Source: an uncultured virus (IMG/VR IMGVR_UViG_3300045020_000151) (lineage: Duplodnaviria; Heunggongvirae; Uroviricota; Caudoviricetes). From it: 20,000 nt of DNA. The notes below the pieces were generated by a model, which was not told where the DNA came from, did not search any database, and worked only from the letters and a program-made list of their open reading frames with translations. The stretch is taken from the IMG/VR virus record IMGVR_UViG_3300045020_000151. One strand, given 5' to 3'. The translations under genes and the position numbers were made by a program. How positions within the stretch are numbered: the stretch's first letter is position 1; each line of letters starts with the position of its first letter. This document shows, in pieces, positions 8,276-14,211 of this stretch.

Positions 8276-8348
8276 TGGGTCATAGCTCAGTCTGGTAGAG
8301 CGCCGGCCGAGATGCCGGAGGTCACAGGTTCAAATCCTGTTTGCCCAG
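8276..8348 (+). tRNA. tRNA-like gene with 6-nt anticodon loop (CGAGAT), identity undetermined
   Basis: Canonical D and T arms; anticodon arm CCGGC-CGAGAT-GCCGG. Confidence 0.75.
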
Positions 8349-8368
8349 CTTGCAGTCGCGGTGTCGAT

Positions 8369-8439
8369 TGAGGCGTCGTCTAACGGCAGGACGCCGGTCT
8401 TTGGAACCGGCTGTCTAGGTTCAAATCCTAGCGCCTCAG
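8369..8439 (+). tRNA. tRNA-Gln(TTG)
   Basis: Cloverleaf; CCGGT-CT-TTG-GA-ACCGG. Confidence 0.95.
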
Positions 8440-8442
8440 CAT

Positions 8443-8513
8443 TGGGGAATCGTCTAATGGTAGGACTCCAGGCTCTGACCCTGGCTATCTAGGTCCGAAT
8501 CCTAGTTCCCCAG
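8443..8513 (+). tRNA. tRNA-Gln(CTG)
   Basis: Cloverleaf; CCAGG-CT-CTG-AC-CCTGG; T loop TCCGAAT. Confidence 0.93.
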
Positions 8514-8516
8514 CTT

Positions 8517-8589
8517 GCCGAAGTAGCTCAATAGGTAGAGCGCCAGTTTTGTAAACTGGATGTTGCAGGTTCAATTCCTGTCTTCGGCT
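8517..8589 (+). tRNA. tRNA-Thr(TGT)
   Basis: Cloverleaf; CCAGT-TT-TGT-AA-ACTGG. Confidence 0.95.
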
Positions 8590-8606
8590 CTGAAGAGAAG
8601 AAGCAT

Positions 8607-8678
8607 TCCCCGATAGCTCAATGGCAGAGCGCCCGGCTGTTAACCGGTTGGTTGAAGGTTCGAGTCCTTCTTGGGGAG
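8607..8678 (+). tRNA. tRNA-Asn(GTT)
   Basis: Cloverleaf; loop CT-GTT-AA. Confidence 0.95.
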
Positions 8679-8681
8679 CAC

Positions 8682-8753
8682 GGCACCGTAGCCAAGTGGT
8701 AAGGCACGAGTCTGCAAAACTCACATTCGTCGGTTCGACTCCGACCGGTGCCT
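8682..8753 (+). tRNA. tRNA-Cys(GCA)
   Basis: Cloverleaf; loop CT-GCA-AA, U73. Confidence 0.95.
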
Positions 8754-8795
8754 CAACTGTCAAAGAGGTACTAACAGCTACTACTTTAGTAGAAT

Positions 8796-8867
8796 GGCCT
8801 CATCGTCTAACGGTTAGGACACGGCGTTCTCAGCGCCGTTATTGGGGTTCAAATCCCCATGAGGCTA
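8796..8867 (+). tRNA. tRNA-Glu(CTC)
   Basis: Cloverleaf; CGGCG-TT-CTC-AG-CGCCG. Confidence 0.93.
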
Positions 8868-8938
8868 CTTGCTGCGCCACCCATGAGAAGCCAAGAGTCG
8901 ATCCGACCGAGAGCCAGGGTGGGAGCGCAGCAAAACAC

Positions 8939-9010
8939 GTCCCTGTAGCTAGCGGCCCAGGCATTCTGCCTTTCAAGCAGGAGACGCGGGTTCGAATCCC
9001 GCCAGGGACA
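8939..9010 (+). tRNA. tRNA-Glu(TTC)
   Basis: Cloverleaf with weak D stem; loop CT-TTC-AA. Confidence 0.88.
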
Positions 9011-9013
9011 CAT

Positions 9014-9087
9014 CTGGGAGTAGCTCAGCCTGGTAGAGCGCTTGCCTTGGGCGCAAGAGGCCGCAGGTCCGAATCCTGTCTCCCAGA
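9014..9087 (+). tRNA. tRNA-Pro(TGG)
   Basis: Cloverleaf; CTTGC-CT-TGG-GC-GCAAG; T loop TCCGAAT. Confidence 0.93.
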
Positions 9088-9092
9088 CAGTA

Positions 9093-9166
9093 CGAGACGT
9101 AGCTCAGCTTGGTAGAGCACTTCCTTGGGGTGGAAGGGGCCGGAGGTTCGAATCCTCTCGTCTCGA
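9093..9166 (+). tRNA. tRNA-Pro(GGG)
   Basis: Cloverleaf; CTTCC-TT-GGG-GT-GGAAG. Confidence 0.95.
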
Positions 9167-9174
9167 CAGTAGAA

Positions 9175-9253
9175 GGGTCGCATGTCAGCCGTCGAAAGAC
9201 GGTCCACTCGGAAACCGAACCCTATAGTGGCCAGTCGTGAGGCTGGTGACCTG
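9175..9253 (+). ncRNA. Cloverleaf-shaped RNA with GNRA tetraloops
   Basis: Closing stem GGGTCGC/GTGACCT; arms CCGTC-GAAA-GACGG, CCACT...AGTGG, CAGTC-GTGA-GGCTG. Confidence 0.55.
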
Positions 9254-9257
9254 TCAT

Positions 9258-9331
9258 CGAGGTGTAGCGAAGCCTGGTATCGCACTTGGTTCGGGACCAA
9301 GGGATCGTGAGTTCGAATCTCACCACCTCGA
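9258..9331 (+). tRNA. tRNA-Pro(CGG)
   Basis: Cloverleaf; CTTGG-TT-CGG-GA-CCAAG. Confidence 0.95.
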
Positions 9332-9332
9332 C

Positions 9333-9404
9333 TGGCTCATAGCTCAACGGTAGAGCAAGCGCTCGATAGGCGCTGGGTTCTAGGTTCAAATCCTAGTGGG
9401 CCAA
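9333..9404 (+). tRNA. tRNA-Ile(GAT) with C33
   Basis: Cloverleaf; AGCGC-TC-GAT-AG-GCGCT. Confidence 0.85.
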
Positions 9405-9412
9405 CTCGTAAT

Positions 9413-9485
9413 GCCTAGCGTCGTCCAATTGGTCAGGACACCTGATTGTGGCTCAGGGAACCACGGTTCGAATCCGTGCCTAGGT
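9413..9485 (+). tRNA. tRNA-His(GTG) with irregular acceptor stem
   Basis: CCTGA-TT-GTG-GC-TCAGG; 5' GCCTAGCG against 3' CCTAGGT leaves one base unpaired. Confidence 0.8.
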
Positions 9486-9492
9486 GCTGTAC

Positions 9493-9566
9493 GGGTCGTG
9501 AGGAAGCTTGGTGAATCCGCCTGCCTGTCACGCAGGATCTGACCGGTTCAAATCCGGTACGGCCCG
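9493..9566 (+). tRNA. tRNA-Asp(GTC)
   Basis: Cloverleaf; CCTGC-CT-GTC-AC-GCAGG, G73; G at position 8. Confidence 0.9.
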
Positions 9567-9653
9567 CTCAAAGCAAAACGTCAGACCCTCTTGGTAGAAG
9601 GCCTCTGGACTGAGCATTTAGCTCAATCTCCAACCAACCTTGAGAGGGAAGAC

Positions 9654-10592
9654 ATGTCGAGCAAGAAGAGCACGAAGACTGGGCAGTTCGAGAAGCAACA
9701 GAACGACAACACCATCACCCGAGCCTCCGGCATCACGGTGGACTCGGCTCTGAAGTCGCTGTCGACTGCCCAGGCGGTCGTTGGGAAGACACTCGCTGGA
9801 GTGGGTGAGCAGATTCAGTCTCAGCTCCTGGAGCTGGACACGGTGACCAAGGCGGTCGAGCTCAAGAAGGACGAGCTGAAGACGATTCACGGAGTCGAGA
9901 TCGTCGCCAAGAACATCGAGGAGATGGAGGCGGAGTTCGTCTCTCGTCGAGAGCTGGCCACCGCTCACTTCCGTTCCTTCCAGGCCGAGCAGGAGACGGC
10001 TCGGTCCGACGCCAATCGCGACTTCAGCCAGTTCCTGGCGCAGCAGAAGGCCAACCGGGATCAGGCCATGGCCGATTGGGCGTACAACTTCTCCCAGGAG
10101 CAGAAGAAGGCCCGAGACGCCTTCGCCGAGGAGATGCGAGTCATCCGGAACCAGGAGCGGGATCGTTCGGAGGCTCTGTCGAAGAGCTGGGCGGCCCGGG
10201 ATGAGGAGCTCAAGAAGAACGAGGCCCTCTTCGCCGATCTCCAGAAGCAAGTCGCCGAGTTCCCCGCCAAGCTCAAGACGGAGACGGAGAAGGCAGCTTC
10301 CATCGCCGGCAACTCGGTCAAGCGCGACTACGAACACCAGTTCGAGTTGCTGAAGAAGGACTCCGAGGTTGCGGCCAAGATGTCGGCCAACACCATCGAG
10401 AGCCTCCAGACGACCATCGCGAATCAGAACAGCGTCATCACCACGCTGCAGGCCAAGCTGACCGACGCGGAGAAGAAGGTCGAGACCATCGCCACGAAGG
10501 CTCTGGATGCCGCTTCCGGCCGCCAGACCCTCGCCGAGCTGCAGAGCCTCCGGTCGGACAACGGGGCGCCGTACGCTGCTCGCAAGACGTAG
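9654..10592 (+). CDS. Long coiled-coil protein, 312 aa
   Basis: ATG at 9654 after GAGAGGGAA; E/K/A/Q-rich heptad pattern, strongly GC3-biased codons. Confidence 0.85.
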   Translation: MSSKKSTKTGQFEKQQNDNTITRASGITVDSALKSLSTAQAVVGKTLAGVGEQIQSQLLELDTVTKAVELKKDELKTIHGVEIVAKNIEEMEAEFVSRRELATAHFRSFQAEQETARSDANRDFSQFLAQQKANRDQAMADWAYNFSQEQKKARDAFAEEMRVIRNQERDRSEALSKSWAARDEELKKNEALFADLQKQVAEFPAKLKTETEKAASIAGNSVKRDYEHQFELLKKDSEVAAKMSANTIESLQTTIANQNSVITTLQAKLTDAEKKVETIATKALDAASGRQTLAELQSLRSDNGAPYAARKT

Positions 10593-10605
10593 CCGTTCAA
10601 CTCTT

Positions 10606-10641
10606 AGCCCCCACCCAGCCCTTCTGGTGGGTGGGGCTCTT
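10606..10641 (+). other. GC-rich hairpin after the coiled-coil gene (processing/stability site or weak terminator)
   Basis: AGCCCC-CACC...GGTG-GGT-GGGGCT stem with no real U tract. Confidence 0.45.
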
Positions 10642-10714
10642 GCCCTGGTAGCTCAGTTGGTAGAGCAGCGGTCTGAAGAGCCGCGTGTCGGAGGTTCGAT
10701 TCCTTCCTGGGGCA
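10642..10714 (+). tRNA. tRNA-Phe(GAA)
   Basis: Cloverleaf; loop CT-GAA-GA. Confidence 0.95.
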
Positions 10715-10721
10715 CTGTGTT

Positions 10722-10794
<73 letters not shown>

Positions 10795-10796
10795 CT

Positions 10797-10868
10797 AGCG
10801 CTGTAGCTCAGGGGTAGAGCACTTCCTTGACATGGAAGGGGTCGTGGGTCCGATTCCCATCAGCGCTA
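10797..10868 (+). tRNA. tRNA-Val(GAC)
   Basis: Cloverleaf; loop TT-GAC-AT; T loop TCCGATT. Confidence 0.93.
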
Positions 10869-10941
10869 CAAGTGGTGCAGGCACGCATCACCCAGGCAGC
10901 TTCGGAGAGCAAGACCATGTGACTTCGAGGTTGCCGTTAAT

Positions 10942-11014
10942 GGGCTCGTAGCTCAGTCGGGAGAGCGCCTGGTTCGCAATCAGGAGGTCGAGAGTTCGAT
11001 TCTCTCCGGGTCCA
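10942..11014 (+). tRNA. tRNA-Ala(CGC)
   Basis: Cloverleaf; G3:U70; loop TT-CGC-AA. Confidence 0.95.
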
Positions 11015-11152
11015 CTACTTCTTCTTTAGCCAGAGATAGACGAGAGCGGTGATGAGAAGAACGCAGCCGACGAAGAAGGCTGCTGGCAGTTCTGGAGGTG
11101 GAGCAGTCGGTGCTTCGCTCTTGAGAGAGTTGTAGGCCGTGTAAGTGATCAT
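11015..11152 (-). CDS. Small single-pass membrane protein, 45 aa, antisense to the array
   Basis: MITYTAYNSLKSEAPTAPPPELPAAFFVGCVLLITALVYLWLKKK almost exactly fills the spacer between two tRNA-Ala genes; hydrophobic helix followed by KKK. Confidence 0.55.
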   Translation of the reverse strand: MITYTAYNSLKSEAPTAPPPELPAAFFVGCVLLITALVYLWLKKK

Positions 11153-11154
11153 GA

Positions 11155-11226
11155 GGGTCCGTAGTTCAGCGGGAGAACGTCGCCTTTGCAAGGCGAATGT
11201 CGCCGGTTCGAGTCCGGCCGGATCCA
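11155..11226 (+). tRNA. tRNA-Ala(TGC)
   Basis: Cloverleaf; G3:U70; loop TT-TGC-AA. Confidence 0.95.
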
Positions 11227-11230
11227 AGTT

Positions 11231-11301
11231 GCCCCCGTAGCTCTAAGGCAGAGCACGCCCTTGGTAAGGGTGAGGCGAGAGTTCGATTCTCTCCAGGGGC
11301 A
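11231..11301 (+). tRNA. tRNA-Thr(GGT)
   Basis: Cloverleaf; loop TT-GGT-AA. Confidence 0.92.
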
Positions 11302-11304
11302 CAC

Positions 11305-11378
11305 GCACCCATAGTCCAACTGGATACGACGCCTGACTACGAATCAGGAGACTGAGGGTTCAACTCCTTCTGGGTGCG
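11305..11378 (+). tRNA. tRNA-Arg(ACG)
   Basis: Cloverleaf; CCTGA-CT-ACG-AA-TCAGG. Confidence 0.95.
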
Positions 11379-11382
11379 CCTT

Positions 11383-11457
11383 GTCTCTGTAGCTCAGTTG
11401 GAATAGAGCGTTCGCCTCCGAAGCGAAAGGTCGCAGGTTCAAATCCTGCCAGAGACG
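11383..11457 (+). tRNA. tRNA-Arg(CCG)
   Basis: Cloverleaf; TTCGC-CT-CCG-AA-GCGAA. Confidence 0.95.
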
Positions 11458-11462
11458 CTGAT

Positions 11463-11534
11463 GTTCCCATCGTTCAACGGACAGGACACTGGTTTCCTAA
11501 ACCTGGAATGGGGGTTCAAATCCCTCTGGGAACG
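11463..11534 (+). tRNA. tRNA-Arg(CCT)
   Basis: Cloverleaf; loop TT-CCT-AA. Confidence 0.92.
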
Positions 11535-11550
11535 CTTTAGAGTTCTTCAT

Positions 11551-11625
11551 CGCGGGGTAGATCAGTCTGGTTAGATCGCTGGGCTCATAACCCGGAGGCC
11601 GTCGGTTCAAATCCGACCCCCGCAA
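11551..11625 (+). tRNA. Initiator tRNA-fMet(CAT)
   Basis: C1:A72 mismatch and three consecutive G-C pairs in the anticodon stem. Confidence 0.93.
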
Positions 11626-11631
11626 CTTGCT

Positions 11632-11705
11632 GGGCCCTTAGCTCAATGCGTAGAGCCCCCAGCTCATAACTGGGTCTTGTGCTGGTTCGAGTCCAGCAGG
11701 GCCCA
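11632..11705 (+). tRNA. tRNA(CAT), probably Ile2 (lysidine type)
   Basis: GGGCCCT acceptor typical of Ile2; loop CT-CAT-AA. Confidence 0.8.
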
Positions 11706-11714
11706 CTTCTCCAA

Positions 11715-11792
11715 CGTGACGTAGCTCAGCCCTGGAAGAGCACCGGTCTCATAAACCGGAGGTCGAGGGTTCAATCCCCTCCGTCACGACCA
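11715..11792 (+). tRNA. tRNA-Met(CAT), probably elongator, CCA encoded
   Basis: Cloverleaf; CCGGT-CT-CAT-AA-ACCGG; ends ACCA. Confidence 0.85.
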
Positions 11793-11793
11793 T

Positions 11794-11865
11794 GGTCCCT
11801 TAGCTCAGAGGTAGAGCGTCCCGTTCACACCGGGAAGGTCGAAGGTCCGATCCCTTCAGGGACTA
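11794..11865 (+). tRNA. tRNA-Val(CAC)
   Basis: Cloverleaf; loop TT-CAC-AC; T loop TCCGATC. Confidence 0.93.
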
Positions 11866-11871
11866 CTGCAA

Positions 11872-11954
11872 GGCCAAGTGGTGGAATGGTAGACACGCCA
11901 GCTTCAGGAGCTGGTGTTCGAAAGGACGTGAGAGTTCGACTCTCTCCTTGGCCA
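11872..11954 (+). tRNA. tRNA-Leu(CAG)
   Basis: Long variable arm; loop TT-CAG-GA. Confidence 0.95.
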
Positions 11955-11958
11955 AGTT

Positions 11959-12038
11959 GATCGAGTGGTGGAACTGGTAGACACACCAGCTTGAGGGGCT
12001 GGCGCTTCGGCATGAGGGTTCGATTCCCTCCTCGATCA
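11959..12038 (+). tRNA. tRNA-Leu(GAG)
   Basis: Long variable arm; loop TT-GAG-GG. Confidence 0.95.
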
Positions 12039-12039
12039 T

Positions 12040-12122
<83 letters not shown>

Positions 12123-12126
12123 AGTC

Positions 12127-12200
12127 GCCCCTGTAGTCCAATGGTAGGAGACGATGCGCTCAAAACGCAGACAGTAGTGGTTCGAGTCCACTCAGGGGCA
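12127..12200 (+). tRNA. tRNA-Leu(CAA), short variable loop
   Basis: Loop CT-CAA-AA; 5-nt variable region. Confidence 0.9.
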
Positions 12201-12209
12201 CTGTACAAT

Positions 12210-12283
12210 GGGCTCATGGTGAAACTGGCAAACACGGCCGACTTAAGATCGGAACATTGCAGGTTCAAATCCTGCTGGGCCCA
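12210..12283 (+). tRNA. tRNA-Leu(TAA), short variable loop
   Basis: Loop CT-TAA-GA; 5-nt variable region. Confidence 0.9.
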
Positions 12284-12300
12284 CTGGAAAGGAGGGCGTC

Positions 12301-12846
12301 ATGGAGTGTCTTGTTCTGAGTTCGAGCTTCATGCCCATGGCGAAGGTGCCCTGGCAAAGAGCAGTCACCCTCTACTTCAAGAACCTGGTGGAGGTCGTTG
12401 AGCACCATGACGCGGTGATCCACTCCGTCACGTTGGAGCTCAAGGTGCCTTCCGTTGTCCGCTTCATCAGAGGCTCCAAGCCTCGGAGGAAGGCCATCAA
12501 GTTCTCTCGTGAGAATGTCTACGCGAGGGACGCTGGGCGCTGCCAGTACTGCAGCCGTCCATGCGACAGGAGCGAGGCCACCTACGACCACGTCATCCCG
12601 AGAGCTCAGGGAGGTGGCACTCACTGGGACAACATCGTCATCGCCTGTGTCCCCTGCAACCAGAAGAAGGGCGGCAGGACTCCGGAGCAGGCAGGGATGC
12701 ACCTCAGGTCAGTTCCGGTGAAGCCGAAGAAGCTCCCGGACACGATGCGCTTCTGCATGACCTACCAAAAGGGCATGCCGCTATCGTGGAGACAGTGGCT
12801 CCAGGTTGATTTGCCGTACTGGCACGGAGCTCTGGACGAGAAGTAG
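12301..12846 (+). CDS. HNH endonuclease (McrA-like)
   Basis: RD..RCQYC...TYDHVIPRAQGG.THWDNIVIAC..CNQKKG motif; SD AAAGGAGG. Confidence 0.92.
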   Translation: MECLVLSSSFMPMAKVPWQRAVTLYFKNLVEVVEHHDAVIHSVTLELKVPSVVRFIRGSKPRRKAIKFSRENVYARDAGRCQYCSRPCDRSEATYDHVIPRAQGGGTHWDNIVIACVPCNQKKGGRTPEQAGMHLRSVPVKPKKLPDTMRFCMTYQKGMPLSWRQWLQVDLPYWHGALDEK

Positions 12847-12870
12847 CCACGGGTGCAACGCCCGTGGTCT

Positions 12871-12959
12871 GGAAGAGTTGGTACATTGGCAAGTCCGCAC
12901 GGCTCGAACCCGTGTAGTCGTCTTCGGGCGACTTGGCGGTTCAACTCCGCCCTCTTCCT
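12871..12959 (+). tRNA. tRNA-Ser(CGA), atypical D arm, U73
   Basis: GGAAGAG/CTCTTCC acceptor; loop CT-CGA-AC; 7-bp variable stem with TTCG loop. Confidence 0.82.
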
Positions 12960-12971
12960 CTTTTAGCTGTC

Positions 12972-13060
12972 GGAGAGATTGGCACATTGGAAGGTCCGCT
13001 CGTCTGGAACGCGAGTAGTCGTCGAAAGGCGGCTTGAGGGTCCGACTCCCTCTCTCTCCA
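12972..13060 (+). tRNA. tRNA-Ser(GGA), atypical D arm, A73
   Basis: GGAGAGA/TCTCTCC acceptor; loop CT-GGA-AC; 7-bp variable stem with GAAA loop; T loop TCCGACT. Confidence 0.82.
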
Positions 13061-13063
13061 CAT

Positions 13064-13152
13064 GGTGGGTGACCGGATGGCCGAGGGACTGGTCTTGAAA
13101 ACCAGCAAGGTGCTTTGTCAGCGCCTCCAGAGTTCGAATCTCTGACCTACCG
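13064..13152 (+). tRNA. tRNA-Ser(TGA)
   Basis: Long variable arm; CTGGT-CT-TGA-AA-ACCAG; G73. Confidence 0.92.
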
Positions 13153-13189
13153 CAAACGCACCCTCCACGACCTGCTAGAGTCAGTAGTC

Positions 13190-13615
13190 ATGGCTTTCAA
13201 AGATCCTGAGAGGGAGAAAGCGTACAAGAAGGACTATAGGGTAAGAAGGAAGGCCGAGCGAAGTGACTATGAACGGCAACGACGAGTGAATCCAGCTCAC
13301 CGAGCCAATTACATAGTCCAAGACTCAAGAAGTGGAGACAAGAGACATGGTCGATCAAACGATCTGACCGTGGCATTCGTAGAGAGATTGATTGCCTCTG
13401 GTTGTGCATACTGCGGAGAAACGAAGTTGCAGATGACCTTGGATAGGATTGACAACTCCATCGGCCATCTCATGACGAATGTCGTATCGGCGTGTGTCCG
13501 CTGCAATCTCATGCGTAGGGACATGCCATACGCAGCCTGGTACTCCATGCTTCCAGCGATCCGTTTCGCACGAGAGTCAGGATTGTTTGGCGAATGGCGT
13601 GGCGGTATTTGGTAA
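13190..13615 (+). CDS. HNH-family (homing-type) endonuclease, 141 aa
   Basis: CAYCG...TLDRIDNSIGH...NVVSACVRCN motif; lower GC than the flanks; ATG at 13190. Confidence 0.85.
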   Translation: MAFKDPEREKAYKKDYRVRRKAERSDYERQRRVNPAHRANYIVQDSRSGDKRHGRSNDLTVAFVERLIASGCAYCGETKLQMTLDRIDNSIGHLMTNVVSACVRCNLMRRDMPYAAWYSMLPAIRFARESGLFGEWRGGIW

Positions 13616-13617
13616 AG

Positions 13618-13689
13618 CGCACCCTCCTGGACTTGAACCAGGAACCTCCGTCGACTACCCGGCGCTCTAACCAGTTGAGCTAAGGGTGC
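13618..13689 (-). tRNA. tRNA-like gene, shortened anticodon stem (CCG-GGTAGTCGA-CGG)
   Basis: Perfect acceptor GCACCCT/AGGGTGC, canonical D and T arms; 15-nt anticodon arm. Confidence 0.75.
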
Positions 13690-13692
13690 TAG

Positions 13693-13768
13693 CGCGTCCA
13701 TCAGGATTCGAACCTGAAGCCCTCCGGGTCATTACTCCGGTCGCTCTTCCATTTGGAGCTATGGACGC
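13693..13768 (-). tRNA. tRNA-like gene with expanded anticodon loop (CCGG-AGTAATGAC-CCGG)
   Basis: Perfect acceptor GCGTCCA/TGGACGC, D stem GCTC/GAGC, T arm TCAGG-TTCGAAT-CCTGA. Confidence 0.78.
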
Positions 13769-13769
13769 A

Positions 13770-13843
13770 TGGTGGGGCAAGGGGGAATTGAACCACCCTC
13801 CATCCGGCTTTGACACCGGCTGTGCGACGTACACCATCGCCCC
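13770..13843 (-). tRNA. tRNA-like gene with 6/8-nt anticodon loop (CCGG-TGTCAAAG-CCGG), CCA encoded
   Basis: Acceptor GGGGCGA/TTGCCCC followed by ACCA; T loop TTCAATT; D loop lacks GG. Confidence 0.7.
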
Positions 13844-13848
13844 GTAAG

Positions 13849-14204
13849 CTACTTCAGAAGCGGCAAGTTCGAGAGGTACCTCCGATAGGTGGACTTGTAG
13901 GAAGGCGGTAAGCCGATGGCCATGAGCTGCCCGTCGTAAGGCGGATCCGGCTCGTTGATGAGAATGGGGGCAATGCCCGCCGGCCTGGAGTCGTTCGGCC
14001 AACGCCCTCAGCTCTCGCTCGTCAGCGACGGTGAGAGCGATGGCGTAGGTGCCGTGGGGAAGGTTGCCGGGCGATGAGTGGCCAGCGGCGTGAATCAGTT
14101 GTGCTGCTTGGGTACCACGAGGGAGATCCCGACGCGTGATGCAGAAGTGCGTCCAGGGGTCTTCTGGGAGCTCGCTACGAGCGGCCTCAATGGTAGCTGT
14201 TCAT
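13849..14204 (-). CDS. Peptidyl-tRNA hydrolase, Pth2 family, split by two +1 frameshifts (recoded gene or pseudogene)
   Basis: Joined frames read MNSY/x/EAARSELPEDPWTHFCITRRDLPRGTQAAQLIHAAGH...AIALTVADERELRALAERLQAGG/x/APILINEPDPPYDGQLMAIGLPP...YLSNLPLLK, matching the Pth2 pattern RxDL..G..AAQ..HA...E/D...AIG.P....L.LL; 356 nt = 3n+2. Confidence 0.8.
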
Positions 14205-14211
14205 GGGAGGC

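Noticed and set aside
7030..9300. ORF-track entries overlapping tRNA genes (also 11679-12268 and 12762-13018)
   Set aside because: They are translations of tRNA sequence with no SD or coding bias.
9591..9653. Upstream starts for the coiled-coil gene (9591) and the second HNH (13115)
   Set aside because: 9654 has a good SD; the 13115 start lies inside tRNA-Ser(TGA).
12871..12959. Selenocysteine tRNA (GGAAGA start, long variable arm)
   Set aside because: Anticodon is CGA, not TCA, and the acceptor stem is 7 bp.
13770..13843. tmRNA or tRNA-Ala (GGGGC...CCACCA ends)
   Set aside because: No G3:U70 pair, only 74 nt, and no tag reading frame.
14186..14195. RF2-type programmed frameshift at CAT-TGA
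   Set aside because: No internal SD just upstream and tRNA-His cannot re-pair well on ATT; it also would not explain the second shift.
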